Below, piece by piece: positions 13,572 to 24,136 of a stretch of 64,000 nucleotides of DNA; position 1 is the first letter of the stretch; each line of letters opens with the position of its first letter. The notes under the pieces were generated by a model that was given only the letters and a program-made list of their open reading frames with translations, ran no database searches and was not told the origin of the DNA. The translations under genes were made by a program, and so were the position numbers. Source of the DNA: Takakia lepidozioides (Eukaryota; Plantae; Bryophyta); NCBI GenBank assembly GCA_030704615.1, contig CM060731.1, positions 94,054,001 to 94,118,000 on the forward strand, written 5' to 3'.

Positions 13572-13679
13572 TCTACTCCCATTACGAGGATCAGAAATGC
13601 TTGGGGGCTTACATGCATGGAGCTGCGATGCTTAGACATCGGGCAATTACATTCCCCTTTGCTCTTTGCATCTGTTTAC

Positions 13680-13741
13680 TGGTTCATGGTGACATAGTCA
13701 AAGCTGGAAATGTACTAGATGTCAGCCTGAACACTGCCCTG
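13680..13741 (+). pseudogene. Short PPR fragment
   Basis: VHGDIVKAGNVLDVSLNTAL. Confidence 0.75.
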
Positions 13742-13859
13742 AAGCCTAACCTGCAGTTATTGCCAATGTGGCAGCAGGAATTATCCAAAAACATATAACA
13801 TAGATGTGGAGAAGCTCATTGGTGAATCTATGGTGGTTTGGTAGTGATTTTGACATGTT

Positions 13860-14654
13860 ACTGTAGGTAGGGTTGGGGTGTTTCCTCGAAGAACTTCACG
13901 CCGTCAGTGTCAGCTGCTAGCAGCAAGGCTGAAGATGTATTCATGGTTTGTACACATGCATGGATAGCTGAAGGACCAAGGATAGGTGTGGGTCCAGATT
14001 CATAAGAGGGCCGGATTTCAAGTGAAGAAGATATACGATCGACATCCAGACAAAGAAGATTAACACTTTGATAATGTATGATCTGGATTGAATATGTTGT
14101 CTTCATGGGTGACGTGAGGCTTTTCACAGATTCTCACCTCTTTGTCATGGTAGGCATGATGGTACATCCACAAGCTGTAGTGCCTTTGGATGAGAAGCAA
14201 TCCCCTCACAAAGTATACCGCTCGTTTTCTCAAGAGCATACCAATTCTTTGCCTGCCAGAATGCTACGCTATCATTTTCACTCTGAAACAGAATCCACTT
14301 GTCATGTAGGGTTGGAGTAGCCCTGCCTGAGTTACCATCACACCCTCTCTTATTGTGTGGGCGACAACCTGAGATTACCATGATTGATTATTTTCAAGAT
14401 CTTCAGGAACACTCAATCAGCTGACATGATTGCTGTTAGCTGTGTCAAGTCGCAATCTCAAGCTTAGAATGGAACCTCAACGTGTATTAAAATGTCTGGC
14501 TTTAGAACAGTTATGTTTTGATAGCTTTCATAGTTATGTGCTAATGACTGCTAATGAAGGCACCTTCTTCAATTTCACCTTATTTTCCCCTCTTATCAGA
14601 ATCGCCCCTAATTATTCATGTCTGAATTCTGCAAGTTAGCTGGTTGAGTGAAGC
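13860..14654 (+). pseudogene. OSB-type PDF-motif gene relic, left part (interrupted by the LTR element)
   Basis: Intron end ...gggtccAG followed by attcataagagggccggatttcaag (degenerate IHPRGPDFK). The intron at 14550-14654 continues colinearly at 31574. Confidence 0.65.
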
Positions 14655-14739
14655 TGTCGTGCGCATACGTATCGCTACACAACTGCATCGTTGTCCACAC
14701 TACACCACACATATATGTACAATAAAGTAGTCTGCCACA
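14655..14739 (-). repeat. Terminal repeat A (85 bp), outer copy
   Basis: tgtcgtgcgcatacg...gtctgccaca; 3 mismatches to 15094-15178. Confidence 0.95.
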
Positions 14740-14741
14740 AT

Positions 14742-15091
14742 AGATAAGAAAGAACTAAACTCAAATAACAAGAGAAACACAAAACCAACACCATCACTCT
14801 TTAAAATAGAAGTCGAGCCAGGGGCACCCCAAGCTATGGGGACTCCACCCCACAACAACCTATCCTCCCATCATAAGCACACTCAGCTTCTAAACGATGA
14901 AGGAGCTCGGTCGCGCAGGCTCAACTCGAGAGAGATGAGTTGCGCGACTGACGCTCTCGTGAAGATAAGATGGTTCAGGTGTCAAGCTCAAACTTGACAC
15001 CTGACTTAACACTTGAACTAAATCCAAGTGTTAAATACAAATAACTAGTTTTATTCTAGTTAGTTTCACACTGTGTTTATTTAACTTGACA
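14742..15091 (-). repeat. Terminal repeat B (350 bp), 3' copy
   Basis: Matches 31220-31569 with about 3 substitutions. Confidence 0.95.
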
Positions 15092-15093
15092 GC

Positions 15094-15178
15094 TGTCGTG
15101 CGTATACGTATCGCTACACAACTACATCGCTGTCCACACTACACCACACATATATGTACAATAAAGTAGTCTGCCACA
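15094..15178 (-). repeat. Terminal repeat A (85 bp), inner copy adjacent to the PPT
   Basis: Directly follows the minus-strand purine tract (tagggggg-cgat|TGTGGC). Confidence 0.95.
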
Positions 15179-15191
15179 ATCGCCCCCCTAG
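15179..15191 (-). promoter_or_regulatory. Polypurine tract
   Basis: Minus strand ctaggggggcgat immediately before the TG of repeat A. Confidence 0.7.
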
Positions 15192-15438
15192 CTGGTGGAT
15201 AGGTCCCTCTAACTCCAGATAGCTACAAGATGTAATAGCCACAGCCGTACTAAGTCTCCTATCACTGTCCCTGTTGTACTCAAACTTTGTAGACCAAGAG
15301 GCCGGGTACAAGAGTAGCCCCATCGTTAGTCGCCGTCTTGCAATCTGTGAACTTGAGCCAGGATATCGTGTGTTCAAGGTCTCCCAGTAGCTTGGCCTTG
15401 CGTTTCTTGTTAGCCTCCCATGGTTATATCCACTCCCA

Positions 15439-16864
15439 CTATCCAATGCAATGCGGACATAACCAATCCCCATCAGGAACCATCTCAAGAGGTGGAGTCA
15501 AGCATCCCATATGCCAACCTCTAGAGCATCGATCACATACCAGCATGGTGGCTGCCCCTCTAGCAGACCCACACAACATGCACCTCAAGCCTGCAGGTAC
15601 CACTGCCAGGTTTGGGTCAATCCTGCCATCGACATTCGGAAGGTGACATGGCGCACAATTACGCACATGGTCCTTCCAAGTTATGCCATCCTGACCCTCC
15701 AAGATCAAGACGCCTGAGGGCAAGACCTCTCGAACCCTCAAAATAACACGTCCTGCAGTCACATCCAAGGTCATAGGAGTAGTCTGCTGCAGATAGACAT
15801 AGTCACCAGGGTTGAATCTCCGAACCCCAGGACAATAGCCTCCACCACGTATGGTAGCATACCTCAACGTATCACGATGTTGTGCAATGGCAAGGTTCTC
15901 GAAAGCCATGGGCATGACTTTCTTGAACAACTCTGCACGCTGATCACATGCACGTGCCCACACGTCCGGATCGTCAAGGTTAAGAATTGTAGCAGCTTCT
16001 CTACGAATGGATGTAGGCAAATCCGGCTCTCGGCCAAAGAGAAGAAAGTATGGTGAGAAGGAGGCAAGTGATGCTTGCTTGCTGAACCTGTAGCCCATGG
16101 CTAACCAGGGTAACTGAAGGTCCCAATCTCCTAGGTGTCCTTCTGCAAGCCATACTTGCGCAAACCCCTCTTTACTGTCTGAACAACTCTCTCTGCCAAG
16201 CCATCGGCCTCAGGATGATCCCGATAAGTGGTGCAGTGGTCTATCAAGGCCTTGTCACACAAAGCCTGAAACTCCCCCAAGAACTCTCTCCTTTGGTCCG
16301 TGAGTACCTCAGCTAGAGCACCGAAGCGGCTAAGTACACAATCCAAGAATGCATACGCAGTTCCCACACTAGCCTTATCAGGCAATGGAACCAACTCGAT
16401 CTACTTGGAGAAGTGCTCCACCATCACCAAAACGTACTTGTTGTGACGCATGGTCAGTGGCAACGGCCTTGCGAAGTCAAGACTCCACCTGTAGCCCAAT
16501 CCCATGATCGGAAGAGGGTGCAATTGTGGAGTAGGGGCGTTGAATGAAGCACGCACCCTGTCACACACCCTGCACCTAGCCACAAATTGTTGCACCTCTG
16601 TGTGCATACCACGCCGCACCAATACTGCCCCTGCAGTAGACTATGAGTGCGTCGCATCCCAAAATGCCTCAACTCCTCATGGGCATGCCGCCCTAACCGT
16701 GCCCGCTGTGTTGGGTGAGGCACAATCCTCACTCGACCATCCTCCCACACTCGGAGCAGGTGTGTCCCCTCCCACTTGAACCTCTTGGCTCGTTGTAAGA
16801 TCCGATCCCTCTCCTTGGCAGTCATAGTGGCTGCAGTGTCTCCAGTGCGGAGGTAGTCCAACAC
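15439..16864 (-). pseudogene. Integrase (Zn-binding HHCC, DDE core) with C-terminal PHD finger
   Basis: HEELRHFG...CRVCDR; WSLDFA; VLTDQRREF; HPEADGLAERVV. C-terminal CMLC...LVCDRCSRGWHMGCLTPPL..VPDGDWLCPHC is a C4HC3 PHD. Broken by stop and frameshifts. Confidence 0.92.
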
Positions 16865-16941
16865 AACTGAATCCTCATGTATATCTTTGGCGCCACCTTA
16901 CTCATTACTGGCCTCAGGGTCCTCAGACACTTGATCTAAAG

Positions 16942-17721
16942 TCATCCCTGAGGTCCAACCTGGCCTTCCGCTGCCAAGATACACAGAAATGCAGATGCAT
17001 GCCATCCGGGCACCATCTCCTCGTCCGTCTCACCATGCCACCGAGCTCCAGTGTCATCCTGCTGGCTCGTGCATGGATTGTGACTCAACCCATCTGCATC
17101 TCGATTGACCAAACCCAGTCGATGCACCACCTGAAAGTCATACTCTTGAAAGATGAGTGCCCACCGTGCAAGCTTCCCCGTAAGCTTGTCCGACTCCATC
17201 AACCACTTGAGTGGTTGGTGATCCGTGACAAGGGTGAAGAGATTGCCGTATAGATAGCACCTGAAGTGTGCCACAGCCCACACTGCAGCTAAGCATTCTC
17301 CCTCATATGAGCTATACTTAGACTCTGCAGCGTTGTTCGAGCGGCTAGCATAAGCCACTACGAACTCTCTTCCCTCATCATCCACCTGTGTGAGCACCGC
17401 TCCAAGCCCCAGCATGCTCCAATCTGTATGCAGCTGAAAAGGACGCCCCCTGATAGGTCGTCTCAAGATGGGCGCCGAGGTCAACCTTGCCTTGAGCTCT
17501 TGAAAAGCTTGTTCTTGCTCGTCTTCCCACTGCCACTCCTGGTCCACCTTGGTCAGTTTGGTTAGAGCCTTTGCAATGGCACTAAATCCCTTAACAAACC
17601 GTCTATAATAGTTTGCTAACCCCATGAAAGCTCGAACTCGGCTCACATCCGTGGGGCGTGGAATCTGTGCAATGGACTCTACCTTAGTCTGCTGTACCCC
17701 CAATCCTCCAGGATATATCAT
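16942..17721 (-). CDS. RT connection and RNase H domain of gypsy Pol
   Basis: VRAFMGLANYYRRFVKGFS; FQLHTDWSMLGLGAVL; YSSYEGECLAAVWAV; LVTDHQPLKWL; NRDADGLS. Confidence 0.93.
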   Translation of the reverse strand: MIYPGGLGVQQTKVESIAQIPRPTDVSRVRAFMGLANYYRRFVKGFSAIAKALTKLTKVDQEWQWEDEQEQAFQELKARLTSAPILRRPIRGRPFQLHTDWSMLGLGAVLTQVDDEGREFVVAYASRSNNAAESKYSSYEGECLAAVWAVAHFRCYLYGNLFTLVTDHQPLKWLMESDKLTGKLARWALIFQEYDFQVVHRLGLVNRDADGLSHNPCTSQQDDTGARWHGETDEEMVPGWHASAFLCILAAEGQVGPQG

Positions 17722-18460
17722 GTGACCCAGATACTCAATCTGGTTGTGGAAAAACTTGCACTTTCCCTGGATGTAACTTCAATCTGTGCGCCCTCAAGCG
17801 CTCAAATACCCCCTGAAGGTGTCTCTCATGCTCCTCCACCGTAGCACTAAAGATGATGATGTCATCTATGTAGCACCGAGCAAACTCCACCCCTGCTAGA
17901 ATCCTGTCCATGACTCTTTGAAACTCTGCAGGAGCGTTTTTAAGCCCAAATGGTAAGAACCGCCACTGGTATAGGCAATCCTTCCCGTGCTCATTGATCC
18001 CCTAGAATGCCGTCTTCTGCTTATCCGCCTCCTTGATCGGCAACTGGTGATATCCGGATCGTAAATCCAAAGTGCTAAAGACCTTGGCATGCCCAATGGC
18101 ATCAAAGATCTCCTCTGGTGTCGGCATAGCATACCTATCGGACTTGGTCTGACGATTTACAGGCCGGTAATCACCGCACATACGTCTCTCTGTCCAATTG
18201 CCATAGACATCCTTCTTGGCTGGCATCACTGTGGCTGAAGCATACTCTCCCCCCAGATAGCTCTACCAAACCAGCCTCCCAAAGGTCCTGAGTTCTCATC
18301 TGAATCAAGGACCTCTCCATGTCACTGTATCTATAGGGTCTCCGAAAGATTGGTGTGTTAGTAGCCAATTCAATGCGAATCTCTTGACCCTTCAGTGCTC
18401 CTAAGTCCTTCAAACTGAAGGCAAAGCAGTTCTTGTAAGCCCTCAAGAACCGCCATATAC
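17722..18460 (-). pseudogene. Reverse transcriptase core of gypsy Pol
   Basis: PIFRRPYRYS; RRMCGDYRPVN; [12 protein letters not shown]; LPFGLKNAPAEFQ; YIDDIII at ~17852-17872. Stop and frameshifts. Confidence 0.93.
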
Positions 18461-18572
18461 GTCGTCTCTCTCCTCCGGTGACTATAGGTCCAACATCAGG
18501 CTCCCAGTTGTCCTCCGTGACTGCAACCTTGAGTCCAGCAGGCTTAGAGGTAGAAGACGCGTCCCGTGGTTG

Positions 18573-19061
18573 CTATGCTGCAACCTCTTGAGCAGTAACC
18601 ACTGCCTCCTCTGTCAGTGACAATGTCTCATCTTGCCCCATCATCCCATTCTTGAGGACCTCCTCAATCCGAGAAAAATCCCCAACCTGATCCATCACCG
18701 CCGCCTTGGCTGCCAACTCCTTCTGAACCTCAAGCACCTCCCACGTGTGCCATGGATGCGGCCTGCACCTCGTGGTCCTCACCTGCTCGCCCCCACTCGC
18801 TGCCTGTACCGTCTCGGTAGGCGGGGAGACCATGAAGGGAAGTGTACTCTGTACTCTGCGCTGCTCAGCCATAGCCAAGCTGATAATCCAGGTCAAGCAA
18901 TTGAGATCCATTGCTTGCCCCAACACTTGACAACATGATGCCTCAGAAAGAGATGGCACCGCCGTGGTACCAGTAGTAAAACCCATCGCTCGCTCACGCT
19001 CGTCAGCATTGGGCTCCACTAACTGTTGCAACTGGCTATCCCACAAGAGGTCAGGTCCACC
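18573..19061 (-). pseudogene. C5 DNA methyltransferase C-terminal part (motifs IX-X) plus linker to RT
   Basis: GPDLLWDS...EPNADERERAMGFTTGTT...QVLGQAMD. Rejoins 24137 onward in frame when the 19062-24136 insertion and one TSD copy are removed. Confidence 0.85.
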
Positions 19062-19397
19062 CTTGGGGGGTGCACTCCTCATTAAATGTACCAGCCACGT
19101 GCGTGCACAGGAGGGGGTATTTTAAACCCCCCCATGTACAACATTATACATACAGAGGGGGGTTTAAAACACCTTAAATATAATATTACAGGAGGGGGTT
19201 GTTGAGTTTTCAGGGGTAGTGTAGTGGTAAGAACGATGATTAGGCTGCGATGCACCGCGGGATCAATTCCTTTTGTTTGGTTTTTTGTTTTTTGTTTTTG
19301 TCTCCCCGCGATCTTTCTCCCCTTCCCTCCAGCGGCTTTCTCTTTTCCCTCTCCTCCTCTCATCTCCTCTCCCGCGTTCGCCTCCCCTTCCGCGAAG

Positions 19398-19640
19398 ATG
19401 CCTGAACAAGATGTGGCATCGTGCAAGCCTGGCAGTCCTAGAGAAGGACAAAGAGGTGCATGGGGATATCGTCAAAGCTGGAATTGTACCAAATGTCATT
19501 CTAAACACTGCCCTGGCAGCTCTGGAAAAGGGGAAAGAGGTCCATGGCGACATCTTCAGAGCTGGAATTGTACCAGCTGTCATTCTGAACAATACCCTGG
19601 TGGACATGTTTGCAAAATGTGGGTGCATCTTGGCGAACAA
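19398..19640 (+). pseudogene. PPR fragment with internal deletion
   Basis: ASLAVLEKDKEVHGDIVKAGIVPNVILNTAL|AALEKGKEVHGDIFRAG...DMFAKCGCI. Confidence 0.85.
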
Positions 19641-20164
19641 CCGTGCAAGGATCTGTTCTTGATGTAAGTGAAGAGGGTCGCTCTCAGATGGGAGTGTACA
19701 CCGGAAATGTATCAGAAAATGTTTAGTCTTCAGGCTTCCCGTACGTCGGGCATTGACAGGCTACCTCTCATCTCTGCATCTGTTTGTTTGTTCAAAGGTA
19801 CACTCCCCGACCTGCATTTCAATTTCAGTCTATTGCCAAGAGTAGAGAGAGCGAAATGTACTCATATGACGTTTGCCATTGCATTGTGGCCATTTACCCA
19901 GTCCGTGCCCAGTTTGGGCGGAACAGGGAGAGGTGTGTGTGAGGGAGAAAGTACTCATGATAGCCTTGTGGCCATAGACCCTGCACCCTGATTGGGCAGA
20001 ACAAAGAGGAGGAGAGAGAGAGTCATGACACTGGTTGCTAAAACCTTGCCAGCCCTAGACCCCGCCCCAAAGCAGAAGATGGACATGGCGAGGAGGAAAC
20101 AACAAGTAGGACTGCGAAACCACTTCAATCCATGCCCCATCAAAGGGACCTATCTTCAAATACA

Positions 20165-21030
20165 AAGTCAAAGGGAGTGTTCGACACTATGGCTGAACGA
20201 GGTGTGGTGTCGTGGAGTGCGGTGCTTGCAGGGTATGCACAGCAGGGACGTGGGATGGAGGCTTTGGAGACCTATGAGCAAATGATGTGTGACGGGGTGA
20301 AGCCCGACCACATCACGTTTGTGTGCGTTTGCAGTGCGTGTGCAAGCCTGGCAGCCCTGGAAAAGGGCGAAGAGGTGCATGTCGACATCGTCAGAGCTGG
20401 AATTGTACCAAATGTGATCCTGAACACTGCCTTGGTGGACGTGTATGCCAAATGTGGGTGCATGGAGGATGCAAAGGGAGTGTTCGACAATATTGCTGAA
20501 TGAGATGTGGTGTCGTGGAATGCAATGATCGCAGGATATGCACAGCATGGTTGTCATAGGGAGGTCCTGCAACTATTGCAAAAGAACGGCTTGAAGCAGT
20601 TTGTGTTCTCTCTGCATGCAGCCACACTGGCCTTCTGAATGAAGGAAGACGCTACTTCGATTCCCTGATTCAAGATCATGGTGTCACTCCGACAGTATAG
20701 CACTTTGGCTGCATGGTGGACCTTCTTGGACATGCGGGACAACTGGATGAGGCAGTGGACCTGAACGTGCGGCAACATCTATCCTCAAGTGGAATGAACA
20801 GGATGTCGCGACTTATGTTGCTATCAAACATCTATGTTGTAGCTGGCAGGTGGGTTGATACTGTAAAGGTGGGAAGAATGATGAAGGTCAGAGGGGTTGA
20901 AAAGGAGCCAGGTCGCTGCTGCATTGAGGTTTGCAACAAGGTGCACACCTTCGTTGTAGATGACAAGTTGCATCCCAGAATTAAGGAAATCCATGCTGAG
21001 CTGAGAAGATTGTCTGGGAAGATGAAGGTG
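20165..21030 (+). pseudogene. PLS PPR motifs, E-domain pieces and N-terminal half of a DYW domain (PG box)
   Basis: VVSWSAVLAGYAQQG...KPDHITFVCVCSAC; CMVDLLGHAGQLDEA; LLSNIYVVAGRW...MKVRGVEKEPGRCCIEVCNKVHTFVVDDKLHPRIKEIHAELRRLSGKMK. Confidence 0.88.
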
Positions 21031-21429
21031 ATTTGCCAGGAGCCGTTTTCCAGATTACCTATGATTACCTACAAGAAACCTGCATGGATAGATGGTCAAG
21101 TGGAAGCTGCAGCAGCAGCGGCACAATTGATAAAATCAAGCATTGCTAATGAAGGCACCTTCTTCAACACATTTCACCCTGTTTTTCCCTCTTATCAGAA
21201 TCGGCCCTAAATATCCATATTGAATTCTGCAAGTTAGCTGGTTGAGTGAATCTTTGATAGTTTGGAGTGACTTTGACATGATACTCCCAACTGACAACAG
21301 GAAAGTATCCTAAAAGAGGTAACAGAGATGAGGAGAAGCTGTGGAATGAATACTTTTCTGACCCCAGTCAATGGTGGGACAACTGAGGCAAAAATGTAAA
21401 TGCAAAAAGGTGAATGCCTGTCAGATTAC

Positions 21430-22070
21430 CTGTCATTCTGAACACTATGGCTGAACGAGATGCGATGTCGTGGATTGTGATGTTTGCAGGGTATGCACAA
21501 CAGGGGTGTGGGATGGAGGCTTTGGAGACCTATGAGCAAATGATGGGGGAAGGGGTGAAACCGCCCACATAACGTTTGTGTGCGTTTGCAATGCGTCTGG
21601 CAGCCCTGGAAAAGGGCAGGGCAAAGAGATCCCTGGTGACATCATCAAATCTGTAATTGTACCAGATGACATCCTGAACATTGCTCTGGTGGCCATGTAT
21701 GCCAAATGTGGGAGCATTGAGGATGCCAAGGGAGTATTCAACACTATGGCTGAATGAGATGTGGTGTCGTGGAACGCGATGCTTGCAGGGTGTGTAGAGC
21801 AGGAGCGCGAGATGGGGCTTTGGAGACCTGAAAGCAGATGATGGGGGAAGGGGTGAAGCTCGACCACATCATGTTTGTGTGCTTTGCAGTGCGTGTGCAA
21901 GTCTGCAGCCATGGAAAAGGGCAAAGAGGTGCATGGTTGCATCACCAAAGCTGGAATTGTACCGGATGTGATTATGAACAATACCCTTGTGGACATGTAT
22001 GCCATTGTGGGAGCATTGAGGATGCGGAGGGATTGTTCAACACTATGGCTGAACGAGGTGGTGTCGAGGA
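21430..22070 (+). pseudogene. Frameshifted PLS PPR motifs
   Basis: Repeated MAERDVVSW / GYAQQG / EGVKPDH / EKGKEVHG / MYAKCGSIEDA motifs spread across frames. Confidence 0.85.
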
Positions 22071-22364
22071 ACACGATTCATCCAAGAGGTCAATTTTAAA
22101 CACAAGATTACTTCTGATTCCCTGCGGATCAATAGCTACAAGAAAGCTGCGTGGGTAGATGGTCAACTGGAAACAGCAGCGGCAGCAGTGCATTTGATAG
22201 AACAAGGCGCTGCTAATGAAGGTACCTTCTTCAACACATTTCAGCCTGTTTTTCCCTGTTATCAAAGTTTTTCCCTGTTTTTTCCTGAATGAGCATGGAT
22301 AGAGTGTGGGTCCAGATTCATCCAAGAGGGCTGGACTTCAAGCTCCAGATTACCTTGATTCCAT

Positions 22365-23069
22365 GTGGGGGTCAGTAGCTACAAGAAACCTGCATGGGTA
22401 GATGGTCAACTAAAGGCAGCAACTGCAGCGGCACAGTTGATAAAATCAGGCACCTCAACCATGACCACAGCTTCTGAAAGAGGATCAAGAGAGGGAGTCC
22501 ACAATGTTTTTCTACTCAACACCCTTGTCAACATGTATGTTATGTGCGGGAGCATCATTGATGCTCACCAAGTGTTCAACAGAATGCCTCAACGATCTTT
22601 GATCACGTGGAATATAATGTTGGCAGGATGCAATGCGTGTCCAAGCCTGCAAGATCTGGAAAAGGGGAAAGAGGTCCATGGTGACATTGTCAAAGCTGGA
22701 ATTGTACCAGATGTCATTCTGAACACTCCCCTGGTGGACATGTATGCCAAATGTGGGTGCATTAAGGATGCGAAGGGAGTTTCCATGGCTGAACGAGGTG
22801 TGGTGTCGTGGAGTGCGGTGCTTGCAGGGTATGCACAGCAGGGACGTGGTATGGAGGCTTTGGAGACCTATGATCAAATGATGGGGGAAGGGGTGAAGCC
22901 CGACCACATCACGTTTGTGTACATTTGCAATGTGTGTGCAAGCGTATCAGCTCTGGAAAAGGGCAAAGAGGACCATGGCGACATTGTCAGATTTGCAATT
23001 GTATCAAATGTCATTCTGAACAGTACCCTCGTGGACATGTATGAAGGGAGTATTCTACGGTATGGCTGA
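22365..23069 (+). CDS. Chimeric ORF: PDF-motif tail fused in frame to PLS PPR motifs
   Basis: SYKKPAWVDGQL...LIKSG followed by NVFLLNTLVNMYVMCGSIIDAHQVFNRMPQ and several further PPR motifs. Probably non-functional cargo. Confidence 0.6.
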   Translation: MGVSSYKKPAWVDGQLKAATAAAQLIKSGTSTMTTASERGSREGVHNVFLLNTLVNMYVMCGSIIDAHQVFNRMPQRSLITWNIMLAGCNACPSLQDLEKGKEVHGDIVKAGIVPDVILNTPLVDMYAKCGCIKDAKGVSMAERGVVSWSAVLAGYAQQGRGMEALETYDQMMGEGVKPDHITFVYICNVCASVSALEKGKEDHGDIVRFAIVSNVILNSTLVDMYEGSILRYG

Positions 23070-23177
23070 ACAAGATGTGCTATCGTGGAGTGCGATGATT
23101 GCAGGATATGCACAACAAGGGCGCGGGATGGAGGCTTTGGAGACCTATGAGCAAATGATGTGCGAAGGGGTGAAGCC

Positions 23178-23441
23178 CGCTTTGCATTGCATGATGTTAA
23201 GGAAGAGCTTAAAGAATCGTCTCTTTGCCACCACAATGAGAAGCTGGCCATTGTTTTTGGGCTTATCAACACACCCTCTGGGATGTCTTTGGGGATCATC
23301 AGGAATCTTCGGATGTGTGGTGATTGCCACACAGCCACCAAATTCATCTCAAAGATAGCTAAGCAAGAGATTGTTGTACGGGATGCAAACCGCTTTCACC
23401 ACTTCCAAAATGGTGTTTGTTCTTGTGGGGAGTATTGGTGA
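23178..23441 (+). pseudogene. C-terminal half of a DYW cytidine deaminase domain
   Basis: RFALHDVKEELKESSLCHHNEKLAIVFGLINTP...IIRNLRMCGDCHTATKFISK...VRDANRFHHFQNGVCSCGEYW*, with HxE and CxxC Zn ligands. Confidence 0.95.
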
Positions 23442-24136
23442 AATGAAATGCTTGTCACCTAATTGAATGTATTGAACTCTGTCAGCTGCGAGTCAGGTTG
23501 GACTCCAATAGTGGCAGCAAAGGCGCACGAAATCTCTTTTTGGAGAGGAATTCTCAACAATAGGTTTTGAACATAATTGGACCTTGCGAAGGTTGAAACT
23601 GTAGAACAAATTCAGAAACTGTCCTAGTTGATGAACAGAGGTGCAGTGACTAGGTCTTCATGGTCTTCAAGAGGGTCACTCTCTGATGAAAATACCCAGG
23701 ACTGTATATCAGAAAATGGAAACTTTCTTCAGGCCTCTTGCACATCGGGCATTGACAATGTCCCTTTCCTCTCTGCATCTGATTATTGTTCAAAGTGAGA
23801 TTCCACAGCAAGTTTTATCGAGGGCAAACAGATTTTTTCTAATTAATTTATTAGATTTTATTCTATTTTTAAATGAATTAACTTGATATAATATAAAAAT
23901 ATACATATACATATTTGAGGGTATTTTTTAATTATTGAAAAGGAAAATATACATACAGAAGGCGGTACTTTTTAAAAATTACAAATTTCTATATATTTAC
24001 AGGAGGGGGTTTTATAATCTTCAAAATGTATGTACAGAGGGGGTATAAATGATCCAAGGATCCGTATACAGGGGTTTTTTTATTAGGCGGCGAACGCACG
24101 TGATACGGACATTTTATAAAGAGTGCACCCCCTAGG

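Larger units (their letters stand above)
19062..24136. mobile_element. Non-autonomous TIR DNA transposon (8-bp TSD, hAT-like) carrying PPR, E, DYW and PDF fragments
   Basis: TIR cttggggggtgcactc versus reverse complement cctagggggtgcactc (14/16), extending imperfectly ~45 bp. TSD ggtccacc (19054-19061) / gatccacc (24137-24144). Subterminal tacaggaggggg motifs at both ends. Confidence 0.85.

Noticed and set aside
14655-15178. Solo LTR B nested in an A-LTR element, or a TRIM
   Set aside because: There is no TSD around the inner B and no A at the element's 5' end; the single TSD spans outer A to distal B.
19398-23441. Functional PPR-DYW editing gene
   Set aside because: Multiple stops, frameshifts, deletions and scrambled domain order.
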